Shown here piece after piece: positions 45,643-54,500 of a stretch of DNA of 57,413 nt. Below the pieces are notes generated by a model. It was not told the origin of the DNA and did no database searches. It saw only the letters and a list, made by a program, of their open reading frames with translations. Each line of letters starts with the position of its first letter. Position 1 is the first letter of the stretch. The translations under genes were made by a program, and so were the position numbers. Origin of the DNA: a virus. Its lineage: Duplodnaviria; Caudoviricetes. Location: positions 1 through 57,413 of IMG/VR virus record IMGVR_UViG_3300032116_000239; one strand, written 5' to 3'.

Positions 45643-46084
45643 GGCTGTCGCGGTTGCACGGGACCTATGTCTCGTGTTCGAGGGCATGTACCTCAAGCCG
45701 TATCTGTGCCCGGCCAACGTGCCGACCATCGGCGTCGGCTCGACTTTCTACGAGGACGGTACGCGCGTATCGTTGGCTGATCCTGCGATCACTCGCGAGA
45801 GAGCGATGGCGCTATTGGAGTGGGAGCTAAACCACTGCCTGCCCAGAGTGCGGCGTTTGTGCCCGGGGCTCAAAGATTGGGGCGAACAGGCCACGGGCGC
45901 CATTCTGGATTTCGCCTTCAACTGCGGCGTCGGCGCTTTGCAAGGCAGCACGTTGCGCAAGCGCATCAATGCTGACGACGAGGCAGGAGCCAAGGCCGAG
46001 CTGATGCGCTGGACGCGCGGCGGCGGCCGAGTTTTACCAGGACTTGTGAAAAGACGTGCGGCAGAGGTAGCGCTGCTGCCCTGA
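45632..46084 (+). CDS. Endolysin, GH24 lysozyme
   Basis: FEG...PYLCPANVPTIG.G.T, DFAFN.G, STLRKRIN, LPGLVKRR.AE. Confidence 0.92.
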   Translation: MEGKAVAVARDLCLVFEGMYLKPYLCPANVPTIGVGSTFYEDGTRVSLADPAITRERAMALLEWELNHCLPRVRRLCPGLKDWGEQATGAILDFAFNCGVGALQGSTLRKRINADDEAGAKAELMRWTRGGGRVLPGLVKRRAAEVALLP

Positions 46085-46106
46085 CGCCCCTACAATTTTC
46101 TCCGGG

Positions 46107-46141
46107 AAGGGCTGCCCATCGGGCGGCCCTTTCTAGCTTTT
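46107..46141 (+). terminator. Hairpin/terminator after the lysis genes
   Basis: AAGGGCTGCCC-ATC-GGGCGGCCCTT followed by TCTAGCTTTT. Confidence 0.55.
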
Positions 46142-46152
46142 GAGGCCTGAAC

Positions 46153-48816
46153 ATGGCAGAAACCAACCCGTTCGACATCAACACCGGAAACGCGAACACG
46201 TTCGCCGCTCGTGAGCGCAGCGTTGACCGCGGAACCGAGACCGCTGCGGGCCAGGTAGAGGGCCTGCTGGCCAAGGACAGTCCACTGCTGCAGCGTGCCC
46301 GCACGCAGGCCATGCAGGGCATGAACCAGCGCGGACTGGTCAACAGCTCCATGGCTCAGGGCGCTGGCGTAGCCGCGATGATCGACCGCGTCACGCCGCT
46401 GGCCCAGCAGGACGCGCAGACCTACGCAAACCAAGCGCTGTCCAACCAGAAGGCTTTCAACGAAGCCGGGATGTTCAGCGCGAGCGAGAAGAACAAGTTC
46501 GGCCTGCAGCTGGGCGAGCAGAAGTTCACCCGTGGTGAGAACGAGGCTCAGCGCAAGTTCCAGACTTCAGAGCGCACCGCCGGCCAGGCGTTCACGGCTG
46601 AGCAGACGAGGGCGACGCAGAACTTCACGGCTGCGCAAACCGCGCTGGACCGAGCACTGCAGACGTCTTTGGCTGACAAGTCGATTGAGGCGACGCAGGC
46701 CCTGGAAACGGCGCGGCAGAACTTCAGCGCTGCGCAGGCTGCTCTTGACCGATCGCAGCAAACCTCGCTGCAGGAGAAGCAGCAGGCGTTCCAATCAACT
46801 CAGAACAATCTGGACCGCCAGCAGCAGTTCCAGCTGCAGCAGGCACAGCAGACGTTCCAAGGTTCTCAGGCAGAGCTTGAGCGCGCTCAGCAGATCATGC
46901 TGGCCGACAAGAACATCACAGCTCAGAGGGCCCTGGAGCAAGCGCGTCAAGAGTTTCAGCGCGGAGAGTCTGCGCTGGATCGCACTCAGCAGACGGCGCT
47001 GCAACAGGCACAACAGACGTTCCAAGCCTCTCAGGGTGAGCTTGATCGCGCTCAACAGCTCATGCTGGCCGACAAGAACATCACGGCTCAACAGGCTCTG
47101 GAGAGGGCGCGTCAGGAGTTCCAAGGCACGCAGGCAGAGCTGGATCGCACTCAGCAGACGGCGCTGCAGACGGCACAGCAGACGTTCCAAGGCTCTCAGG
47201 CAGAGCTTGACCGCGCTCAGCAGACGGCGCTGCAGACGGCACAGCAGACGTTCCAAGGCTCTCAGGCAGAGCTTGAGCGCGCTCAGCAGATCATGCTGGC
47301 CGACAAGAACATCACGGCTCAGCAGGCCCTGGAGAAGGCGCGTCAGGAGTTCCAGAAGGGAGAGTCCCAACTGGATCGCACCCAGCAGACGGCGCTGCAG
47401 CAGGCACAGCAGACGTTCCAAGGCTCTCAGGCAGAGCTTGATCGCGCTCAGCAGATCATGCTGGCCGACAAGAACATCACGGCTCAGAAGGCTCTGGAGC
47501 AAGCGCGACAGGAATTCCAGCGCGGAGAGTCTGCGCTGGATCGCACTCAGCAGACGGCGCTGCAGCAGGCACAGCAGACGTTCCAGGGCTCTCAGGCAGA
47601 GCTTGATCGCGCTCAGCAGATCATGCTGGCCGACAAGAACATCACAGCCCAGAAGGCTCTGGAGACCGCGCGTCAAGAGTTCCAGCGCGGAGAGTCTGCG
47701 CTGGATCGCACTCAGCAGACCGCGCTGCAGCAGGCGCAGCAGACGTTCCAAGGCTCTCAGGCAGAGCTTGATCGCGCTCAGCAGATCATGCTGGCCGACA
47801 AGAACATCACGGCTCAGCAGGCCCTGGAGAAGGCGCGTCAGGAGTTCCAGAGCGGAGAGTCTGCGCTGGATCGCACTCAGCAGACGGCGCTGCAGCAGGC
47901 GCAGCAGACGTTCCAAGGCTCTCAGGCAGAGCTTGATCGCGCTCAGCAGATCATGCTGGCCGACAAGAACATCACGGCTCAGCAGGCCCTGGAGCAAGCG
48001 CGTCAGGAGTTCCAGCGCGGAGAGTCTGCGCTGGATCGCACTCAGCAGACGGCGCTGCAGCAGGCGCAGCAGACGTTCCAAGGCTCCCAGGCAGAGCTTG
48101 ATCGCGCTCAGCAGATCATGCTGGCCGACAAGAACATCACGGCTCAGAAGGCTCTGGAGACCGCGCGTCAGGAGTTCCAGCGCGCAGAGTCTGGACTGGA
48201 TCGAACGCAGCAGTCCAACCTGCAGACTAATCAGCAAGCGTTCCAACGCGAGCAGGCCGGGCTGGATCGCACGCAGCAGCAGACCCTGCAGCAGGCGCAG
48301 CAGAGCTTCCAGGCCACTCAAGCGCAGCTCGACCGCACGCAGCAAGAGGCCATGATCAGGTTGCAGAACACGCTGTCGCAGTCCAGCGTCTCGGGCACTT
48401 TCGCGGCCAACATCACGGCCAACACCAGCTCTGCGATCAACGCCCTCCTGGCTGATCCGAACTTGAGCTCAGAGGTGAACTCCAGTACCGGGAAGAGCCC
48501 GAAGCAGCAGGCAATCGACAACGTCATTGCCAACGCCAACGCCACGCTGCAGTGGGGCGCGTCGTTCTACAACACGACGCTGCCCGGAATTACTGGACCA
48601 GGCGGCACGTCCACGCCGATCGCGCCGGGTGGTAATGCAGCCGCGCCCGCTCCAGCTCCTGCGCCTGCGCCTGCACCAGCGCCTGCACCAGCGCCGGCGA
48701 CGGGTGGTGGCGGCGTCATTGGGGACGCAAGAGCTTCCGTGCAAGACCAGTGGGGTCGAAGCCCGTTTGACCCGATGTACGGCGTCAATCCGTACGTTGA
48801 ATCAAGCGGCCCATGA
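46153..48816 (+). CDS. Gln-rich repeat coiled-coil protein, putative ejection/DNA-pilot protein
   Basis: RGLVNSSMA motif, 55-aa tandem repeats, (AP)n linker; first gene of the ejection module. Confidence 0.7.
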   Translation: MAETNPFDINTGNANTFAARERSVDRGTETAAGQVEGLLAKDSPLLQRARTQAMQGMNQRGLVNSSMAQGAGVAAMIDRVTPLAQQDAQTYANQALSNQKAFNEAGMFSASEKNKFGLQLGEQKFTRGENEAQRKFQTSERTAGQAFTAEQTRATQNFTAAQTALDRALQTSLADKSIEATQALETARQNFSAAQAALDRSQQTSLQEKQQAFQSTQNNLDRQQQFQLQQAQQTFQGSQAELERAQQIMLADKNITAQRALEQARQEFQRGESALDRTQQTALQQAQQTFQASQGELDRAQQLMLADKNITAQQALERARQEFQGTQAELDRTQQTALQTAQQTFQGSQAELDRAQQTALQTAQQTFQGSQAELERAQQIMLADKNITAQQALEKARQEFQKGESQLDRTQQTALQQAQQTFQGSQAELDRAQQIMLADKNITAQKALEQARQEFQRGESALDRTQQTALQQAQQTFQGSQAELDRAQQIMLADKNITAQKALETARQEFQRGESALDRTQQTALQQAQQTFQGSQAELDRAQQIMLADKNITAQQALEKARQEFQSGESALDRTQQTALQQAQQTFQGSQAELDRAQQIMLADKNITAQQALEQARQEFQRGESALDRTQQTALQQAQQTFQGSQAELDRAQQIMLADKNITAQKALETARQEFQRAESGLDRTQQSNLQTNQQAFQREQAGLDRTQQQTLQQAQQSFQATQAQLDRTQQEAMIRLQNTLSQSSVSGTFAANITANTSSAINALLADPNLSSEVNSSTGKSPKQQAIDNVIANANATLQWGASFYNTTLPGITGPGGTSTPIAPGGNAAAPAPAPAPAPAPAPAPAPATGGGGVIGDARASVQDQWGRSPFDPMYGVNPYVESSGP
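46837..48222 (+). repeat. 165-bp coding tandem repeat, 8 copies plus one extra 66-bp unit
   Basis: GCCGACAAGAACATCAC at 46903, 47068, 47299, 47464, 47629, 47794, 47959 and 48124. Confidence 0.95.
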
Positions 48817-49259
48817 CCAAGATCGTCTGCCGCAAAGCCAAGATCGGCGACTTGCCGGCGATCGTGGACCTCGCCTGCGAGTCGGTGTCTCGCGATCCGT
48901 TGCCGGTCAAGGTCGACCGCGACGGCATGCTGGAGACAGGCAAGACGCTGCTCAACCCGGCGCACTTCCTCTGGGTCGCAGAGGACGGGTCTGGCAACGT
49001 GGTGGGTGCGGTGGCTGCGTGCGCGCAGCAGTCGTTTTGGTATCGGGGCCTGCAGTGCAGCGTGATGCTGTACTACGCGCGGGTGCCCGGCGCGGGCGCA
49101 GCGTTGCTGCGCGAGTTCGCTCGGTGGGTGAAGTCCCGCTCGGGCATCAAGGTAGCGGTGCTGGAGCTGGAACCCAGCACCGACATCCGGCTGATCAGGT
49201 TCCTGCGCCGCCTCGGGTTTGAGCGCAAGAGCATCAACATGAGCTACGTAAGAACGTAA
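48813..49259 (+). CDS. GNAT-fold protein
   Basis: R.A...DLPAIV.L, WVAE..G.VVG, GAALLREF..W, FLRRLGF; position typical of podovirus GNAT-like assembly proteins. Confidence 0.7.
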   Translation: MTKIVCRKAKIGDLPAIVDLACESVSRDPLPVKVDRDGMLETGKTLLNPAHFLWVAEDGSGNVVGAVAACAQQSFWYRGLQCSVMLYYARVPGAGAALLREFARWVKSRSGIKVAVLELEPSTDIRLIRFLRRLGFERKSINMSYVRT

Positions 49260-49270
49260 AGGAGCTCCAA

Positions 49271-49951
49271 GTGTCAAAAGTCGTCAAGGGCGTAGGCCGC
49301 GCGATCGGTAAGGTCGTCAAGGGCGTTGGCAACGTCGTCAAGAAGGTCGCCAAGTCCAAGCTGGGCAAGATCTTGGTGGGTGCTGCACTGGTCTACTTTG
49401 GTGGTGCTGCGCTGATGGGCGGACTCAGCAGTGCAACCGCAGGAGGCAGTTTCCTGACAGGCGCTAGTGCAGGGTTATCCAGTGCGGCATCGGGGATAAG
49501 CGGCGCCTGGACAGCGCTGACTGGAGGCGGCGGGTCCGTCACGGGCTCTCTCAGCTCTGGCTTCTCTGGCGCCAGCGCGGCCGGGGCCCAGGCAGCCAAC
49601 GCCGCGGCTATAACGCCAGGGGCTTACGCCGGCACGCTGGGGAGCGGCGCCGCAACTGGGGCAGGATCGCAGGCAGCCTTGCTGGCTGAGCAAACTGCCG
49701 GCTTTGGCGCAAAAGGACTGTCCGCAACGCAGGCCGCGGCGCAAACCGCGATTCCTGGGGCGGCCGGCGCCGGCGGCTCCGGCATCATCAGCGGCATGTG
49801 GAACGGTCTCGGCCCCTACGGCAAGGCCGCAGCGGTCTCTGGCGGCCTGCAGCTCGGCGGCGCGATGTACGCCAAGAAGGAGCAGGAAGACGCCACGGAA
49901 GAGCAGCGCGCCAACTACAACCAGAACATCGGCGGCTTCACCTACGCCTGA
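49271..49951 (+). CDS. Small Gly/Ala-rich ejection protein
   Basis: Cationic amphipathic N-terminus, TM segment, glycine-rich body. Confidence 0.65.
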   Translation: MSKVVKGVGRAIGKVVKGVGNVVKKVAKSKLGKILVGAALVYFGGAALMGGLSSATAGGSFLTGASAGLSSAASGISGAWTALTGGGGSVTGSLSSGFSGASAAGAQAANAAAITPGAYAGTLGSGAATGAGSQAALLAEQTAGFGAKGLSATQAAAQTAIPGAAGAGGSGIISGMWNGLGPYGKAAAVSGGLQLGGAMYAKKEQEDATEEQRANYNQNIGGFTYA

Positions 49952-49962
49952 AAGGAATCATC

Positions 49963-50460
49963 ATGGCAGGACTGATCAAAGAGCAGATGGCTCCTGGGCA
50001 GGAGGCGATGCCGCCGCAAGGTGAGATGCCCCCGATGGACGACGAGGGTGGTGAGGACGCTGACAGCAATCCGCAGTACGTCACCGCGCTGAAGTTTGCG
50101 ATGCAGGCGCTGTACGAGAACGGCGGTGCGGAAGGTGTGGCTGAAGGGCTGCGCACCGCCACAGACCCGGTGGATGGCCTGGCCAACACCGCCTACGAGA
50201 TCACGTCGGTTGTGGACGAGCGCACCGAGGGCAGCGTGCCTGACGAGCTCTTCGCGCTGTTGGCGACCAAGATCCTCGAAGAGGTCGCTGACATAGGCGG
50301 CGCAGCGGGCATCCAGTACAAGCCCTCGGACATCGCCCTGGCGTTGAAGCAGATGATCCTGCGCTACCTCGGCGAGCAGGGGATGGACACCTCGCAGCTG
50401 CAGCAGGCGATGGACCAGGTCGATCCCGAAGAGTTCAACCGCATGGCGCAGGAGGCTTAA
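49963..50460 (+). CDS. Acidic hypothetical protein (ejection module)
   Basis: AAGGA RBS; Met/Pro-rich N-terminus. Confidence 0.65.
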   Translation: MAGLIKEQMAPGQEAMPPQGEMPPMDDEGGEDADSNPQYVTALKFAMQALYENGGAEGVAEGLRTATDPVDGLANTAYEITSVVDERTEGSVPDELFALLATKILEEVADIGGAAGIQYKPSDIALALKQMILRYLGEQGMDTSQLQQAMDQVDPEEFNRMAQEA

Positions 50461-51576
50461 ATGGCCGGGCTGATCGGACAAGCGATCTCGAACATCGGTT
50501 CGACGATCGGCAACTACATGCTCCAGTCGAACCTGCAAGAGGACCGGCAGGAAGAGCGCCGCCGTGAGCGCGAAGAGGACGCCAGGCGGCAGGCCGAGCG
50601 CGATGCGCTGTACCGCCGCACGGCTGACCAGCAGACGGCTGCAGCGCGCAGCAGCGGCGGTGGTGCGGATGGCGGGCTGCCTGCCAAGAGCATCGGCGAG
50701 GGTGGCGAAGACGAGGCCATGCTGGCTCGCGCTGCCGGGCTGACCGTGCCTGAGCTGCGTGCGCTGCGGCAATACTCCTCAACCGGCGACAAGGAGCCGT
50801 TCAAGCGCGACGTGACGCGCTACAGCCGCGATCAAGATGACACGATGGCCGGGCCCAACGATGAGTTCGGCGACGCTGTCTCGCGCAAGACCGCCAAGCT
50901 GGTCGAGGAAAAGGCCAAGGAGCTGCCGCCCGGGTTCGAGCCTGAGATACGCGCCAAGATGCAATCTCTCGCCCGCATCGAGGAGTCCTACCGGCTGGGC
51001 AAGAACTACAAGGAAGTCACCGAGGGTCGTCAGAACGAGTTCGAGACTGATGTCGGCAAGGGCATCCTGAGCGGCGCTGTTGGCCCAGGCCGGGGCGCGG
51101 CCTCGGTCGGCGGCATGAAGGGCAACGCCGTCTTTGAGGGCGACAGCAACACCACCCGCAACCGCTACAGCGGTGAGTCCGGCGCGACAGCGGTGGGGCA
51201 GTCAGTCATTACCGAAAACCGTGCACAGGCTGGCAAGGCGTCCGCTGACGCTCGGGCCACGGCGGATGGCAAGGGCAAGGTGGACATCACCGGCGTGGCC
51301 GCCAACGCTGCCAACCTAATCAAGCTCGCCGAGGCGGCTGACAACGAGGGCAACACGGAAGAGGCGAAGCGGCTGCGCAAGGAAGCGGCCCGGCTGTCGA
51401 CGGGCGCTGGCGACAAGAAGGTGCCGCCTTCCGACCGCGGCGGTGCGGGGCCCGCTCCTAGCCGGCTCAAGGTGGGCGATGTCGTTGAGGGCTACCGGTT
51501 CATGGGTGGCAATCCCAACGACCCGAAAAGTTGGACTCCTGCCAGCCGTTCTGCGGCCGGCTCGGTTGCGAGGTAA
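50461..51576 (+). CDS. Probable ejection protein
   Basis: 371 aa, helical; C-terminal G.V..GYRF.GG.P.D..W module. Confidence 0.65.
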   Translation: MAGLIGQAISNIGSTIGNYMLQSNLQEDRQEERRREREEDARRQAERDALYRRTADQQTAAARSSGGGADGGLPAKSIGEGGEDEAMLARAAGLTVPELRALRQYSSTGDKEPFKRDVTRYSRDQDDTMAGPNDEFGDAVSRKTAKLVEEKAKELPPGFEPEIRAKMQSLARIEESYRLGKNYKEVTEGRQNEFETDVGKGILSGAVGPGRGAASVGGMKGNAVFEGDSNTTRNRYSGESGATAVGQSVITENRAQAGKASADARATADGKGKVDITGVAANAANLIKLAEAADNEGNTEEAKRLRKEAARLSTGAGDKKVPPSDRGGAGPAPSRLKVGDVVEGYRFMGGNPNDPKSWTPASRSAAGSVAR

Positions 51577-51582
51577 CACAGC

Positions 51583-54500
51583 ATGGCGAACCCCTGGGAA
51601 AGAGCGTGGGCGGTTGAGGATGAGGAGGCCAAGCCGTGGACCCGTTCCTGGGAAGTTGATGCGCCTGATCGAAAACCCGCCGGGTTCTTCAGCGAACTTG
51701 GGTCGGCCGTCAGCGAAGGCGCGCAGAAGACCTACCGCTCGGCACGCGCTGCGCTCAGCACCTACCTGGGCGCTGGCGAAGACGTCGTCGAGCAGTCGGC
51801 GCGCACGCAAGAGATTGAGCGGGACTCTCGCGCCACCGGCCTGACCCAACTCAAGCGAGACGTTCAAGCGCGCAAGGTCGCGGACGACGACTCGCTGTGG
51901 TCTGGCATCAAGAACGTCGCCGGCGCCATTATTGACAACCCGCGCGGCGGGGCACAGCTGGTGGCTGAGCAGGCGCCCAACGCCGCTGTGGCACTGGGCA
52001 CAGGCTTCGCCGGGGCCAAGGGCGGCGCGCTGATCGGCTCTGCGTTCGGCCCTGTGGGCACCGCAGTCGGTGGAACGGTCGGCTTCATCACCGGTCTGTT
52101 CGGCGCGAACACGCTGCTGGAGACCGGCGGCAAGGCGATTGAGGCTGGTCAAGACAAGCAGTTCACACCCGCAGAGCGCGAGCGCGTGATGCGCGAGGGC
52201 GCGGTCAAGGGCGCAGTCATCACCGGTGTTGACGCGGTCACCCTGGGCGCAAGCAAGTACGTGCTTGGCGCAGCGAATCGCGCCGTCGAGCAAGCCACCG
52301 TGCGTACGCTGTCAGACGCTGGCATCGACGCGCAGAAAGCCGCGCAAGCTATCCAGCAGGCGCAGCGCGATGCGCTGCAAGCCGGCCGGGGCCTGAGCCG
52401 CGAGGCGCTGCAGGAGTCCGTTGAGAAGGCGACGGTCGAGGCGATGGCCCGCCAAGGTCTGCTCAAGCCTGACCTGGTGTCGGCTGTGCAGTCCGCGCAG
52501 AAAGCCGCCTTCGACACCAGCACCACGCTTGCGAAACGCACGGGACGCGGTGCGACCGCGCTGGGCTTGGAGTCGTTCGGCGAGGGACTGGGCGAGTACA
52601 CCGGTGAGCTGGCCGCTACCGGTGAGGCGTCGTTCACCGATGCGGCGCTGGAGTCTGTGGCCGGCTTGGCCACGAGCCTGCCTGAGCTGTACGTCGCCAA
52701 GCGGCTTGACCAGCCGGGCATCCTGACTCAGGAGATGTCGCGCTCCCGTCCGCTCGACCAGGCGTCGCCGCCCGCACCGCCCTCCGCGCTGCAGGACCTC
52801 GGCACCGCCAACACCGAGCTCAGCTCAGCGGTGGACTCCTACCTGCGCGATCTCGGCCAGGCCCGCACCGCCGACGAGGCGATCAATGCAGCGGTCAGCG
52901 CGGCCTCGGTGCCGGTGGCTCCGACCCTGCCGCCGCTGCCCACCATGGACGAGCGGCTGGCCGCCGCGGAGAGCCCGGGCCTGCTCGGCCGTCAGCTCGA
53001 CATCCAGCGCCAGCTCGATCAAGCCGCCGGCTTGGACGTCGCGCCGACTGCCGAGCGTCCTGCGTTGCCGACTCTGCCGCCGCTGCCGCAGCCCGCTGCC
53101 CAGCGCAACATGGAGCTGATGGGCCAAGCTGCGCAGGCCGGCACGGAGTTCGAGCGCCAGCAGGCGCTTGAGCAGGCCAAGGTCTCGCTGCCCACTCCGG
53201 CACCGGGCCCGGCCGCCCGCTACGCCGACCTCACGCCGATGGACGCGCGCCAGGCGCAGCAGCGGCTGACGGTGCTGCAGGAGCAGACCGGCACCCCGCT
53301 GAGCCTGGAGATCGTCCCGCACCCGGCGCAGAAGGAGCGCTTTGCGATCGGCCGGCGCGAGCTGCCGGTCAGCGCCGCCGACCTGGAGATGCCGGACCTG
53401 CGCGCCCCTGTGGCGCCTGCGCAAGCCCAGGTGCAGATCGAGTCTGCAGCCCTGGCCGGCAAGGAAGTGCAGCGCCGCGCAGAGGACGCGCCGCGCCAGC
53501 AGATGATCAGCCGGGCGATGGCCAACATCGAAGCCCGCGGCGGAGTGGCCTCACCCTACGAGGCAGAGCTGCTGCGCTCGGCCAACCTGGGCCAGCCGTA
53601 CAACAGCATTGATCCGAACCTTGGCCGCCCGGCTTCTCAGGACCAACTGCTGACCGCAGCCACCGGCATCCCGGTCGGCTCCGAGGCGGGTCTGGGCTAC
53701 GGTGCTCGCACAGACAATGCGCTGACCGACATTGCGCAACAGACCGCGCAACAGCGCGGCGAGCTCGTGCAGCGAAACCCGCAAGCTGCGGGACAGAACA
53801 TCTTCTCCCGGGTCAGCGACCAAGACGTTCAGCAGCGCATCCCGTTGGAGCGCAACCGCACGCCGGACGATGTCTCCACCGGGTTTGCCTACACGCCCGA
53901 GCTGCAGGGCCGCAAGCGCGCCGAGCCGGCGGAGCAAGCTGCGCCGCAGGCCGACATCGTCGGCACGTTCGTGCAGCAGATGCGCGAGACCAACACGCCC
54001 GCAGCCCGGGCGTTCGTGCAGGACTACGAGGCCGGGCGCATCTCGCCGGCTGAGGTGCAAAGCGCGCTGGACATCCAGCGTGGTCTGCCGCCAAGCTCGC
54101 AAGAGCGCATCGAGGGCGCGGCCGCAGCAGCGCCGGCTCCCGCCACGCCGACCGGCGTGCAGGTGGAAACGCCCAGCGCCAGAGTCGAGAACCCCGCACT
54201 GCGCGAGGCGGTGGAGCTGTACGGCAACCGCCCGCTCACGCAGCAAGACCTGACGGTGGAGGGCGCCACGGCGCGCATCGCTCGCGCCGGCCAGCAGGCT
54301 CCGGCACCGCAGGTCACGGCAAGCGGCATCGAGATCGCCCAGAGCGAGGACCTGACGCCACGCGGGGCGTTCCGCGGGCGCAACGAGGCGATCCGTGCCG
54401 GCAATAACCTGCCGAGGCCGACGATGGTCGGCGGCCGCCGTGCCGCGTCGCTCACGGACGCTGATCTGCAGCAGACAGCCAACGACATGGGGCTGCCGGC

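Noticed and set aside
46837-48222. Regular repeats as a CRISPR array; long alternative-frame ORFs 46532-48355 (+) and 46795-48345 (-)
   Set aside because: The repeats are contiguous, in-frame and lack unique spacers. The alternative ORFs are shadows of a stop-free repeat.
48643-48696. (GCNCCN)n microsatellite as a phase-variation tract
   Set aside because: It encodes an in-frame Ala-Pro linker with varied third positions, so slippage would not shift the frame.
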